From the NCBI GenBank assembly GCA_049512075.1, contig JBEKXL010000020.1, forward strand, positions 1-43,797: DNA of 43,797 nucleotides, given 5' to 3'. Under the pieces are notes generated by a model. That model was given only the letters and a program-made list of their open reading frames with translations, had not been told where the DNA came from and did not search any database. Below are positions 1-9,285 of the stretch, one piece after another. How positions within the stretch are numbered: position 1 is the stretch's first letter; the number at the start of each line of letters is the position of its first letter. Source of the DNA: Candidatus Bathyarchaeia archaeon (GTDB lineage: Archaea; Thermoproteota; Bathyarchaeia; Bathyarchaeales; Bathycorpusculaceae). Position numbers and translations under genes: made by a program.

Positions 1-129
1 TTTAGCCCGTCTGGAAAGCCAAGGCACATAGAAGGGCTAAAAACACGCATGTGCCTCAAAACTGTCCCTGAACCCGAAAACAGGAATTATGACCATTTTA
101 CACCAATTTCGGGACAAGGCAGCGCGCTA

Positions 130-217
130 AGCACTTTCCTTTCTGACTCTCGCATAGCTTCTTCTCCAGTTCTTGTCTTGCGTTCTCATTCAAAGAGCCC
201 AAATACTTTGATGGTAT
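130..217 (-). pseudogene. Possible 5' fragment of an HNH-type/Zn-finger nuclease gene
   Basis: The minus frame reads IPSKYLGSLNENARQELEKKLCESQKGKC after an AGGTGA RBS, with ATA where a start codon is expected. The resemblance ends abruptly near 125. Confidence 0.25.
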
Positions 218-284
218 TAATCTCACCTTGGCCGGATATCGGATTATTCCTCTAACAAGAAAAGATTTTTGGTTCCATTACAAT

Positions 285-1418
285 TCACTGGATTCGCTTG
301 AAGATTTTCATTGGCACGTAGCGACCACCAGGTCCGACATTTGGGTTTTCCAAACCTTGCCTCTTCAATCGAGCCAGCGTAATTGGTCTATGCAGTTTCT
401 TTAGCTCTTCTATAATCACGAGAACGTGGATATTTCTGTGGTCAAGAGCAGAAACTTCAGAAAATCCGGAGTCTATGGGCCAGACATTATTACTTATGCC
501 ATAATAACCCATATGTGCAAGGCTCCGAAGCAAGGTTTCAATCTGGTTGTAAGCAGCGTAAACTATGAACCCTGTAGCAACGACTTCTTGTCTGTCTCTT
601 GAGTATAACCAGACTGGAATTCTACCCATTTCGTCCAACAGAATATCAAGATGGTAATCACAATCAGGAAACTTGTAACGCAAGGATGCTTGTTTTATCA
701 ATGCTGTAAAGCCTTTTCTTCTTTCTCTCAGAGCATTTTCAATTTGTTCTTCGTCAGCGAAAAGCATCAATGCTTCACCCTTTCCTTTGGCTCTATTCCT
801 TTCTCGCTTTAATTTGTTGGAAAGGTCTTTGTCAAGTTCTTGCTGGATAATTTTCATTTTTTCGATTTTTGACTTGTGTTCCTCTAGGACTTCGAGCCAC
901 CTTTTTATTTCGCGTTTCCTTACGAGTTTACTTTGTCTTACGAGCCTCTTTGCATAATCATAGAGAAACGATTGTTGAACACCATTGCTTTCGCGAGAGA
1001 TACCTGTCTCCCATCTATCTGGACTGAACGCCGCCGAAGAAAGGTTGGCACTACCAACAATGGCCGACTTTCCGTCCGAAATGATTATTTTGGAATGAAG
1101 GTTGCAGTTCTTTCTGATTTCAAAACCTCTCTCATTGTAACTCATCAGAATATTGGGGTCTAACTGTTTAGTGTAAATATGACCAGCGCCTTCTTCGCCG
1201 GCATAGCTTGAACAGACGACGATTCTTACAGCAGGAGCATTAGGCTCATCGAGTCTATCAAAATCCTTCAATATATCAACGCTCAGAAAAGGAGATATGA
1301 TAATAATCTCTTTTTTTGTGGATTCGATGAGGTCTTTTATGGCTTGGTTATAGGGGACAGAACTCCCATCTGACTTGAGCACTACAGAATTAGTCTCATT
1401 ATCTGATGTTGACGACAT
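285..1418 (-). CDS. Phospholipase D-family (HKD) nuclease with C-terminal PUA/ASCH/EVE-like domain
   Basis: IISPF, HSKIIISD (HxKxxxxD) and GSANLS motifs, then a coiled-coil linker. The C-terminus VWLYS..EVVATGFI...LKKLHRPITLARLK resembles ASCH/EVE patterns. Confidence 0.75.
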   Translation of the reverse strand: MSSTSDNETNSVVLKSDGSSVPYNQAIKDLIESTKKEIIIISPFLSVDILKDFDRLDEPNAPAVRIVVCSSYAGEEGAGHIYTKQLDPNILMSYNERGFEIRKNCNLHSKIIISDGKSAIVGSANLSSAAFSPDRWETGISRESNGVQQSFLYDYAKRLVRQSKLVRKREIKRWLEVLEEHKSKIEKMKIIQQELDKDLSNKLKRERNRAKGKGEALMLFADEEQIENALRERRKGFTALIKQASLRYKFPDCDYHLDILLDEMGRIPVWLYSRDRQEVVATGFIVYAAYNQIETLLRSLAHMGYYGISNNVWPIDSGFSEVSALDHRNIHVLVIIEELKKLHRPITLARLKRQGLENPNVGPGGRYVPMKIFKRIQ

Positions 1419-1489
1419 CACTTCTAGTCATTTGATATTCATAAAAGCATTTTGCTCTCGCAATCTTGTCCGCGCGGGCACCAATCTCG

Positions 1490-2230
1490 CTAGTAAACTG
1501 GTGTTTCAGCCAGACTCGAGGGTAAGACTTCTTTGTCCAAGGTATATTTGGTAACAATCGCTTTAACTAAATCAATAAACCATGTCTCTGAAGGAGACAC
1601 TATTATCTTTTCGATTAGAATGTCTAGGTCAACAGGCACATAAATCCCTATGTCGCATATGTTTCCCTCCAAGTCTATCTCCTCAGAACCTTGTTTTATG
1701 GGAATCCGCTGAATAACGGCTCTGAGCTCACTTTCATGGGCAAAGTTTCTTCTCTTGTGCAGAAAAGGATAGAAGCTGTTGCCCTCCGGAATCCACTCGG
1801 TTTGGTAGTCCGCATATTTCACCATGCCTATGTGCACATCACCCGAATACCCTCTGAAACTCTCGGCTAGCCGTTTGAAAGTCGATTGAACTGCAATGCC
1901 GTTTTCACTCTTCAAGTACAGTTTCCATAAAGCTTCGGACTCGTAATCACTCACGCTCCAGCAATTAATGAGCGTGAATCGTCTAAATCTCTCATGAATC
2001 TCGGAAATCTTCCTCAATCCTTTCTCAGGTATCTGACCATAGACCCTAGGTCGAAGCTCTATGTTTGCCTTTGAATATGAACCCTCGAATGGGTCTCCGA
2101 GCTTGTCCGCCCTCACAAAGAACAACGCCTTCTTTTCCAGAATGGAAACAAACTTCGCAAAATCTAGGTATCGCCATATTCTTGCGTTTTCGTTAATGGG
2201 TTTCTCGAAAACAGGGTGTTCCTTATACAT
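1490..2230 (-). CDS. DUF2971-like protein
   Basis: IWRY..F..F, DPFEG, NCWS..ESEALWKLY and KRRNFAHESELR motifs. Confidence 0.65.
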   Translation of the reverse strand: MYKEHPVFEKPINENARIWRYLDFAKFVSILEKKALFFVRADKLGDPFEGSYSKANIELRPRVYGQIPEKGLRKISEIHERFRRFTLINCWSVSDYESEALWKLYLKSENGIAVQSTFKRLAESFRGYSGDVHIGMVKYADYQTEWIPEGNSFYPFLHKRRNFAHESELRAVIQRIPIKQGSEEIDLEGNICDIGIYVPVDLDILIEKIIVSPSETWFIDLVKAIVTKYTLDKEVLPSSLAETPVY

Positions 2231-2396
2231 AACAGAACCTCGCGAAACGAACCTGTCAAGAATCTAATACCAAGCCCCAACATAAGTCGTTCTAATAACG
2301 ACGATTTATATTCAGTGCGCGCGCTTTGAAGTTTTGCAATTCGTTTCTACGAAAAGTTTTATTTCAGTCGAATTCAAACAAGATGATGTGCTTGAC

Positions 2397-3008
2397 ATGA
2401 CTTTTTTGACTGGACAAGAAGAAGAATTTTGGATGCTTCATGAATGGGCTACACAGTTAGGTGGTGAAATCAACAATGCATGGAAAAGCGGAGAGAAATT
2501 GAGGAGTATTACATTCAGGTCAGGTTTGATAACTCAAAGGGTCATAAAAGAACACCTTCGGCAACATGACTTGAACGTTTCGCAAAACAAAGTTGTTGTC
2601 AGTTCACCAGATGGAAAAGTTCATCAAGCTGTTCATTTGCTCATATTGAAAAAAGGAGAGAATCCGAACGAGCATGATTACCCTACTAACAAAGAGCACA
2701 TCGTGCTTGAGATTAGGACAACTGCGGTAGCTAATGTAGTTGAGAGAACGGGAAAAAGGCTTACGAGGATTAGAAATCTTGTGAAGGATTTCGCCGTGGT
2801 TGTTCTATCTGAACGTCACGACTATCCATCCAGATATAAACCTAAGAATACAAGTAACTTGTTCACTCTTGTTATTCGAGAAAGGAGATTCCCCAAATTA
2901 AACAGACCCAATATAGACATACCTGCCATAGTCAAAAAGATGCAAGATAATCATGAATTATGGAAAACGGGAGAATGGGATGGGCTTTTAAAGTATTTGG
3001 AAGAGTAG
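2397..3008 (+). CDS. Hypothetical protein, possibly degenerate PD-(D/E)xK fold
   Basis: Long ORF (track 2334-3008), with ATG at 2397 as the likely start. HLLI...VLEIRT is weakly restriction-endonuclease-like. Confidence 0.5.
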   Translation: MTFLTGQEEEFWMLHEWATQLGGEINNAWKSGEKLRSITFRSGLITQRVIKEHLRQHDLNVSQNKVVVSSPDGKVHQAVHLLILKKGENPNEHDYPTNKEHIVLEIRTTAVANVVERTGKRLTRIRNLVKDFAVVVLSERHDYPSRYKPKNTSNLFTLVIRERRFPKLNRPNIDIPAIVKKMQDNHELWKTGEWDGLLKYLEE

Positions 3009-3013
3009 TTTCA

Positions 3014-3029
3014 TTCTGCACTTTCGACA
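3014..3029 (+). repeat. Element-end-like direct repeat, copy 1 (TTCTGCACTTTCGACA)
   Basis: 14/16 identical to 4326-4341. Confidence 0.55.
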
Positions 3030-3061
3030 TATTCTTTTTTCATATTCCACTTTCAGCTTGA

Positions 3062-3409
3062 CTAGAGGCCATCTGTAGTTTTGTGAGTTACCAGTTTTCT
3101 GAATGTAGTGTACCTGATTCCTTCAAGTCTATCGTCCCCATACCGTATCGGTATAAAAACAGGAATTGGCGTACTTGCTGGAACGATTAATCCTTTGTCT
3201 AACTTCGACTTCTTAGAATCAATCTCGATTATCACACGAATTGAGTCCGTGCCTTTAACATTAATAGCGGCGTACTGTGGCTCGCGATGTATGCCAGTAG
3301 GATTGTCCCATTGCTTCATAACCCAGTCTGTAAACCCATTTTCCAAATCTTTACCATTAACGTAAACATTTTTAGGTTCTCCGTTTATTATTACAACTTC
3401 CTGTTTCAT
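3062..3409 (-). CDS. Hypothetical protein (115 aa)
   Basis: ATG at 3409 (MKQEVVIING). The upstream part of the track ORF overlaps the methyltransferase gene. Confidence 0.55.
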   Translation of the reverse strand: MKQEVVIINGEPKNVYVNGKDLENGFTDWVMKQWDNPTGIHREPQYAAINVKGTDSIRVIIEIDSKKSKLDKGLIVPASTPIPVFIPIRYGDDRLEGIRYTTFRKLVTHKTTDGL

Positions 3410-3479
3410 TTCTGAACCCCTAGTTTGTCTTCTGTTGCTGTGCTGATTAAAGATTTCTGTCTTTTTGGATTCCCTGTTT

Positions 3480-4265
3480 TCATTTCTCCACATAGAAACA
3501 GATAGTATCCACTTTTCTGAGTGTTGAATCAACCTTGTTTGGCTTTTCCTTGTCGAGAAGGAATCCTTCTGGTCTAATGAACTTGACGTTGTAGTTTTTC
3601 TTACGAAAATAATCGAATATCCGTTGCCATTCTTCCTTAATGAAGTATCCACCTCTTCCTCTGATTTTGTCATTGTCAGTTTCGTTTCGGTCGAAGAACT
3701 CATAGATTATCACTCTTCTTCCCAATTCAAGCAATTTCTCAAAAATCGTGTGTTCCTCAAATTCGTATATGCAATTCTTTTCGGTTTCAACCTCTGCACA
3801 ATCGTGCTTCTTCCCTTGCTTTCTTATGCATTCTCCTGTTCTGAAGTGATGCAAGGTTTTGCTCACTAAAACAAAATCGAAACTCTTATTCAAAATGCCT
3901 TCTCTCTTGATGATTCTATCAAGCGTTTCCTTGTCAAAGAAACTACAATTGTAAAACCTAATCTTTGTTTCTGCAAAAAGTTTAGACTTCTGTTCAATGT
4001 CTGATGTGTAAGAATAGGAAAGTTCTTCGTTTATTCCCACAATTTTCTTGGGATTGAATTTGAGAGCAACATAGAGAGGTTTGACGCAATCTGTCCCAAC
4101 GTCCAAAATGGTTTTTCCATCTAGTTTATTCTTTTCGTCTGGTTCGAAAGCATCCTCAATTTCCGATAGTTCCTCTAACGAATCTGTCCACGTTTGCAAA
4201 TCATTCTTGTAGTTCTCTAGGTCTTTTTGCAGTCTCTCAATTATACCATAGTCCTCACAATTCAC
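3480..4265 (-). CDS. Class I SAM-dependent methyltransferase-like protein
   Basis: ILDVGT motif I, FDFVLVSKTLHH, and an AAGGTG RBS upstream. Confidence 0.7.
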   Translation of the reverse strand: MNCEDYGIIERLQKDLENYKNDLQTWTDSLEELSEIEDAFEPDEKNKLDGKTILDVGTDCVKPLYVALKFNPKKIVGINEELSYSYTSDIEQKSKLFAETKIRFYNCSFFDKETLDRIIKREGILNKSFDFVLVSKTLHHFRTGECIRKQGKKHDCAEVETEKNCIYEFEEHTIFEKLLELGRRVIIYEFFDRNETDNDKIRGRGGYFIKEEWQRIFDYFRKKNYNVKFIRPEGFLLDKEKPNKVDSTLRKVDTICFYVEK

Positions 4266-4325
4266 ATTCGCACCTTCATGGCTGTTCTATGTCAGAATAA
4301 GAGTTTAACCTTAACCGTTTTTCTG

Positions 4326-4341
4326 TTCTACACTTTCGGCA
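4326..4341 (+). repeat. Element-end-like direct repeat, copy 2 (TTCTACACTTTCGGCA)
   Basis: Matches 3014-3029 and sits exactly at the break point of the integrase remnant. Confidence 0.55.
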
Positions 4342-4620
4342 GGCACAGTTAAAGACAGAACAAGAGTCATGAGAGGACTCAAAAGCTTCGAGTCTACAAA
4401 GTCACTCCTGGAAGGATTTACAATCCACTACAACTATGTGAGACTCCACCAAAGCCTTAACGGAAAAACACCTGCACAAGCAGCTAGGACTCAGGCACCT
4501 TGCACTTGGAAAGGCTTGATTGAAGAAGCAACCAGACATGAAACACAACTTCTAACCAAAACGACAAGTCCTGAGACAGAAACGAAAGAAGAGAGAACAG
4601 TGGAGGCGATTGTGAAATGA
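4342..4620 (+). pseudogene. C-terminal remnant of a DDE-type (rve/IS6/IS481-like) integrase/transposase
   Basis: GTVKDRTRVMRGLKS...IHYNYVRLHQSLNGKTPAQAA is the integrase-core C-terminal YN..R.H..L...TP motif. The catalytic N-terminal part is missing. Confidence 0.8.
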
Positions 4621-4784
4621 GAAAAGTCTTAGTTGCTCTTCCCGAAAATGTCGCTGAACTTCTTAATAAGGAGCTTGTCGGCACGATAGGCGAAACTTGT
4701 TCAGATACGTTGCGAACAATAATAATGAGTTGGTTATCCGAGAAAGGATACTTAACGAAGGGTGGTAAGCATGGCAAAGAATAA
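4617..4784 (+). CDS. Ribbon-helix-helix (CopG-like) protein, 55 aa (not in ORF track)
   Basis: MRKVLVALPENVAELLNKELVGTIGETCSDTLRTIIMSWLSEKGY. ATGA overlap with the integrase stop. Confidence 0.7.
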   Translation: MRKVLVALPENVAELLNKELVGTIGETCSDTLRTIIMSWLSEKGYLTKGGKHGKE

Positions 4785-4923
4785 ACCAAAACGTGAACTT
4801 GCGGAAGAAATTGACTTATTGGACACCATGATTTCAAGCCTCGTGGAATTGCTCGAAGAAAAAGGCGTATTAACACAATCGGAATGGGAAAAATGCATCA
4901 AGAAACGAGTGGTCATAAAGTAG
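4771..4923 (+). CDS. Small hypothetical protein, 50 aa (not in ORF track)
   Basis: MAKNKPKRELAEEIDLLDTMISSLVELLEEKGVLTQSEWEKCIKKRVVIK. GGTGG RBS and overlap with the RHH gene. Confidence 0.65.
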   Translation: MAKNKPKRELAEEIDLLDTMISSLVELLEEKGVLTQSEWEKCIKKRVVIK

Positions 4924-5046
4924 AATCAACTGCAAATAGAGTTGGGTTCCATAAGTGTTAAATACTGGTTTACCACCAGCAATATATTGCTGACATTTCC
5001 TCTCCGGGCATTGCCAGCCTGAGTAAAATGTGTTAATGGAGTAATG

Positions 5047-6216
5047 TTATACCTTTTTTAGCTTCACACGATTTCTGACTTCCTTTGCCGAAAGAACCTC
5101 TACATCGAGCCAGTGTGAGAAGCTTTCAGCCAAACTCTTTGATTGATTTCCAACATATACCATTACGTCACCGTCTTGGACTTTTGTATGGTCCATATAA
5201 TAATTAAAAAGCTGAGCTGCTCCGCCCTTATGATATGCGTAAGCTGTCACTGAGTACCAAGGTTCCATATGTCTTACTAGTTTCTTAAACCGTTTTTCTT
5301 CGGGAACTGAGGTTGATACTACTTCTACTTCCTCTGAGTCTGGGCCTATTTTTTCTTCGCTTACTGAAGGCGGATTTGGTTGGAGTTTCTCAAGGTCATC
5401 GGCTAGAAGGAAAATAATGGGATGCGCCAGATAGGGGGTAGTATCTATAGGGTCATCGGAGTGCCATTTGTAGATTGGTTGGGTTTCAATGTCTAGAAAA
5501 TGTGTGTCCGTTTCAAAGCCATAAGTATTCCAAATTTCTTTTAGGTTTTCAGGTCTTAATCCTTTCTTTTGGTTGTAGAGTTTTGCATCAGTGAGGTATG
5601 CAATAATGTCGGCAATCATAATGTATGGGTTGCATTCATCCCCATGCGGGAATATTTTTGGAGTGGTCTTTGAAATTAGTTCGTTCCAGGCATGAGTTTG
5701 TCTTGAATTAAAACCGTCCAATTGAAGATCACCCGTTATTTCTCGTATTCCGAGATAAGACCATGCTGAAATGTACGAAAACATAGGCCCCAAGCTTCGT
5801 AAGAAATCAGCAGATTTTATGTCATACGCAGGGGAGCGATACCCTCCTACTGTAACCGTTGGGTACAGATTAGGCGGCAATATTACATACGTAAAATGGA
5901 CCAATTTGATATAGCGGTGTAGTTTCTGTATTAGTTGGTCACAGAAAGGAATTGCCCTATAATGTGTAAGTTCTTCTTTAAGAGAATACGAGTCAAATAG
6001 CAGTCGTTTTTGCGTTAGTTTGAATTGGGTAGCTAGCTCTTGCACTCTTTTTACACATACATCTTTGAAAGCTGTTGTATCATTGAACTCAACGCCTACT
6101 CCGAGAGGGGTGTAAAAAGCAGTTTCTTCTGCCAAGAAAAGTTCTTTGGTTTCTGGGTCTTCCTCTTGGTACAGTTTACGCCTCAGAAAGTCTTTAGAAT
6201 CGAAAGCTAGCAACAT
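5047..6216 (-). CDS. Hypothetical protein, possibly DUF3800/RNase H-like fold
   Basis: Long ORF with likely start MLLAFDSK (6216). NPYIMIADIIAY resembles the DUF3800 QxAD motif. Confidence 0.55.
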   Translation of the reverse strand: MLLAFDSKDFLRRKLYQEEDPETKELFLAEETAFYTPLGVGVEFNDTTAFKDVCVKRVQELATQFKLTQKRLLFDSYSLKEELTHYRAIPFCDQLIQKLHRYIKLVHFTYVILPPNLYPTVTVGGYRSPAYDIKSADFLRSLGPMFSYISAWSYLGIREITGDLQLDGFNSRQTHAWNELISKTTPKIFPHGDECNPYIMIADIIAYLTDAKLYNQKKGLRPENLKEIWNTYGFETDTHFLDIETQPIYKWHSDDPIDTTPYLAHPIIFLLADDLEKLQPNPPSVSEEKIGPDSEEVEVVSTSVPEEKRFKKLVRHMEPWYSVTAYAYHKGGAAQLFNYYMDHTKVQDGDVMVYVGNQSKSLAESFSHWLDVEVLSAKEVRNRVKLKKV

Positions 6217-6373
6217 GAACCACCTAAGAAGACAATGCGTGGGTAAACATAAAAGCATTTATGTCAATTACAGTGAACAAACCAGAAAAATAGCCATCAC
6301 AAATAACGCAACAGTATCGAGTCGCGAAAATCTTTAAAAGTTCTTCAACTTACTTAGATCATGGTGATAGCTG

Positions 6374-6757
6374 ATGTCTACTGGAAATGTTGCATTCAAA
6401 CGAATTGGCGCACCTAAAGCAATAGCCAAAGCAGACGATGTCCTGACAGTTCAGATTTCGCTTGATGGCAATCCTGACTGGGATTGGACAGAATGCTTCA
6501 AACATCCATCGACTTTCACCCCCAATGAGGCATATCCAGGCAGAGCCCTAGTGACTGGAAACACTATTACGTTCACGTCTTCAGAATCTAGCATTAAAGC
6601 GAATATTGAGTGGATGGACAAATACATACAACAAGCAAATGATTGTTACAACAGAATAATGGCGGAGCGGTTAGCTGAGGAAAAAAGGCAGCAAGAAATG
6701 GAAAGAAAACGTAAAGAAGAACTCAATCGAATAAACGAAACTCTCAAAGACATTTGA
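6374..6757 (+). CDS. Hypothetical protein with C-terminal coiled coil
   Basis: TTTAAAA TATA box, GGTGA RBS and a 127-aa ORF. Confidence 0.7.
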   Translation: MSTGNVAFKRIGAPKAIAKADDVLTVQISLDGNPDWDWTECFKHPSTFTPNEAYPGRALVTGNTITFTSSESSIKANIEWMDKYIQQANDCYNRIMAERLAEEKRQQEMERKRKEELNRINETLKDI

Positions 6758-7186
6758 TTCTGCCCAACAAAGCGGCAAAATAAAATTCTAATCGGCGGGT
6801 CAAATAACTTAACAGTACCGTCTTCTACTCTTTTTAAGCCAGTTTGACCCGTCTATTCTTGGAGAAAGCGGAAAACAGAAATCAGATTTCCATTTGCGGG
6901 AGATATCTCCGCTGAAGTGTGAGTTCGGCCTAGACGACGACCTCCATTCTGGGTTGCGGCACTCTAGTATTTCCGATATTGAGGCTCGGCTACTCAAAGC
7001 TTTTCTAGCCACAGCGCGCGCGCAAGCTAACAAAACAACAAACATTCTTTCACTTTCTTTTTGGTTTCCAACAAAGATATATCTTTGTCATGTTCGTTTT
7101 ACACGGATAAAACGAAAACGTTATAACTACTGATCGGCGACAAAAATCGTTTTCACAGAAGAAAATCGAGATTTGGAGATTGGACA

Positions 7187-7206
7187 AAATCTCACACCCC
7201 GCGCCA
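7187..7206 (+). repeat. 3' tRNA fragment (T-arm, acceptor strand and CCA), probable attR; possibly tRNA-Ser
   Basis: AAAT-CTCAC-ACCCCGC-G-CCA followed by a T-tract. No 5' tRNA half upstream. Confidence 0.65.
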
Positions 7207-7349
7207 TACTTTTTGTACAGGAAGAGAAAAGAAGATGGAACGCGCATCCTTTGGAAAACCTAATAGACAAGAACAAGCCATTGTGTCTGGGGATATCAAA
7301 TGCCAAAATGCTCACACTCAAAGGTAGAAATCGAAGAGGGGGACAGGTT

Positions 7350-7862
7350 CTGCCAACGCTACTGAACAAGCTAGCCGGAACACCTCAAGACCAGACTAAG
7401 GTCGAGTCCCCCCCAGAGAATGCAGTTAAGAACACCTCCATGGAGGACGAGGTTAAGAACACCATAATCAAGAGGCTTGACGGGATAAAGAACAAAGATG
7501 AAGATACAGTAAGAGCACTCCTCGATGAACACTACAACAAGTTTGATGACTGGCCTCCTTTTGGAAGACAGGATGCTGCAAAAGCTCTGGAAAACGAATT
7601 CGGAGCATTCAAGGTTCTCTCCAACTACAGTTACGAGCTAAAGGATTTTGAAGCAAACGTTTTCGGAGACACAGTTGTTGCTACTTTCACTATTCATTAT
7701 CAGGGGCAAATTAGAAACAGGCCATTCGAGGTAAATTCGCGTGTCACATCGGTCTTGCGGAAAGAGGATTCAGGTTGGAAAGTAGTTCACGAGCACTTCT
7801 CCAGATTCCCAGACGCGACACGGCAACAGTACATGTCGCCTCGTCGTACAATGCAACCCTGA
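7350..7862 (+). CDS. NTF2/SnoaL-like domain protein
   Basis: VFGDTVVATF...RVTSVLRKEDSGWKVVHEHFS signature. The start is uncertain (CTG 7350 after GAGGGG, or ATG 7440). Confidence 0.8.
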   Translation: MPTLLNKLAGTPQDQTKVESPPENAVKNTSMEDEVKNTIIKRLDGIKNKDEDTVRALLDEHYNKFDDWPPFGRQDAAKALENEFGAFKVLSNYSYELKDFEANVFGDTVVATFTIHYQGQIRNRPFEVNSRVTSVLRKEDSGWKVVHEHFSRFPDATRQQYMSPRRTMQP

Positions 7863-7887
7863 CGCAAACGTGGCCTTTCAAGTCCGG

Positions 7888-8748
7888 TTAATCTAACGGA
7901 CTTTTTCTCTCGACAAGTGCGTTCACCGCGTTGATGAGAACTTCGCACGCGGCCTTTCTGGTTTCGAGAGAGCCATCGACATCTTGGTTCTCGACCTCCT
8001 TCTCCTCAACCCGAATCTGGTCGATGACAGGCTGCTTCTTTTTTTCGTATTCGTCTCGAAGCCCCTCTTGTTCAGCGGCGAAATTCCGCACAGCTGAGGC
8101 GAGTTCCTCTTGTGCCAAGTTCAGTCTCTGGCTCGCTTCTGTCTCCTTCCGTGCCTTAGCCTTTTTCGAGACGGCTCTGAAGATGCCCGTCTTCATTCGA
8201 GCTATACGATCAAGTTCTTCCCTGAGACCATCAACGTTGCTGGACAGACGTTTGATTTCAAATTCTTTCTGCCCCTCGGCATCCCTCGTCCTGGCAGTGT
8301 ACTCTCCTTCGATTCGTTCAAGAAGAATTCTATTGTCCGAGAGGCTCTTGACAGCTTCGTCACATGAAGCCTCTTCGCTCCGTCTCTTCTCAAGCTCAAG
8401 CTCAACGTTCGAGAGTATTTGCGAACGCTCCTTCAAGAATTGGTCATCCACGCTTACGGTGGGACTTGACTCAAACTCGGACAGGACGACTCTCAGGTCC
8501 ACCAGCCAACGACTGAAGTGCTCGCTGAATGGGGAAAGGGCAAACACCTGGTTTCCCAAGTTACGTAGCCTTTTGAGGGTTCTGTCCACAACCTCTTCTG
8601 AAGTCGGAACATGATCCTCCTCTGACACGTAGCTGCCACCAGATCGACGTTTCTGTCCCCTTGATTTGGCCTTGGCCTTTTCACGCCTGTGCATTCCATG
8701 TCCTCGGCCAGAGTCTCGGCGTGACCCCACACGCTGCTGGTATCCCAT
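7888..8748 (-). CDS. Coiled-coil hypothetical protein with basic N-terminus
   Basis: 286-aa ORF with GAGG RBS and TTTAAATA box upstream. Confidence 0.75.
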   Translation of the reverse strand: MGYQQRVGSRRDSGRGHGMHRREKAKAKSRGQKRRSGGSYVSEEDHVPTSEEVVDRTLKRLRNLGNQVFALSPFSEHFSRWLVDLRVVLSEFESSPTVSVDDQFLKERSQILSNVELELEKRRSEEASCDEAVKSLSDNRILLERIEGEYTARTRDAEGQKEFEIKRLSSNVDGLREELDRIARMKTGIFRAVSKKAKARKETEASQRLNLAQEELASAVRNFAAEQEGLRDEYEKKKQPVIDQIRVEEKEVENQDVDGSLETRKAACEVLINAVNALVERKSPLD

Positions 8749-8877
8749 AAACGAAACCTCTCACATTTGAGGTATTTAAAGAGTGGCATGGTTGCATACG
8801 CATCAAGCGCTCTCGTACACATCAACTCATTTAAACACTGACTACTTACAGAACTTCAAGAATCGTCAAGGGGAGAG

Positions 8878-9285
8878 ATGAGAATGAAAGTGTTGTTCGT
8901 GTGCTCCGGGAATGCTCACCGTAGCCCACTTGCCGAAGCTTTGTTGAAAGAATTGAGACCTGAATGGAAGGTAGACTCGGCAGGACTGCGAGTTGCCATT
9001 CCTGTCTCAGAGGGAGTAAGGGTATACCTTGGAAGAGAGAGGGCAGTGCGGTACCTCAAGAAAGTTCCAGAAAGCCTAGATGGCAAGAAGCTAAACGAGT
9101 ATGACCTTATCGTAGCAATGGAACAAAGACACAAGGACGCCGTCCTGATAAAATGTCCAGAGTGCAATAGCAGAGTAGTCGTGTGGAACATTGAAGACCC
9201 CTACTTCTTGCAGGGAGAGGCAGCTAAGAACGTTTATGACCATATCAAAGCGAGAGTTGCGGAATTGGCACAAACCAAAGACTAG
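8878..9285 (+). CDS. Low-molecular-weight protein-tyrosine phosphatase/ArsC family protein
   Basis: VLFVCSGNAHRS (CX5R), DSAG, DLIVAM and IEDPY motifs. Confidence 0.9.
   Translation: MRMKVLFVCSGNAHRSPLAEALLKELRPEWKVDSAGLRVAIPVSEGVRVYLGRERAVRYLKKVPESLDGKKLNEYDLIVAMEQRHKDAVLIKCPECNSRVVVWNIEDPYFLQGEAAKNVYDHIKARVAELAQTKD

Larger units (their letters stand above)
1..7206. mobile_element. Right-hand part of a tRNA-integrated genomic island with nested transposon remnants
   Basis: AT-richer sequence, mixed gene orientation, defence-like cargo and a broken DDE integrase. It ends at a tRNA 3' fragment, after which host-like genes resume. The left end lies outside the window. Confidence 0.65.

Noticed and set aside
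4484-4876. 130-aa minus-strand ORF
   Set aside because: It is antisense to three coupled plus-strand genes.
1-7206. Integron cassette array
   Set aside because: Genes are in mixed orientation, with no repeated attC-like sites and no IntI in the window.
6809-7369. Several short overlapping ORFs
   Set aside because: They conflict with one another, lack motifs, and span the island boundary.
7931-8614. 227-aa Ser-rich plus-strand ORF
   Set aside because: It is the antisense shadow of the coiled-coil gene.
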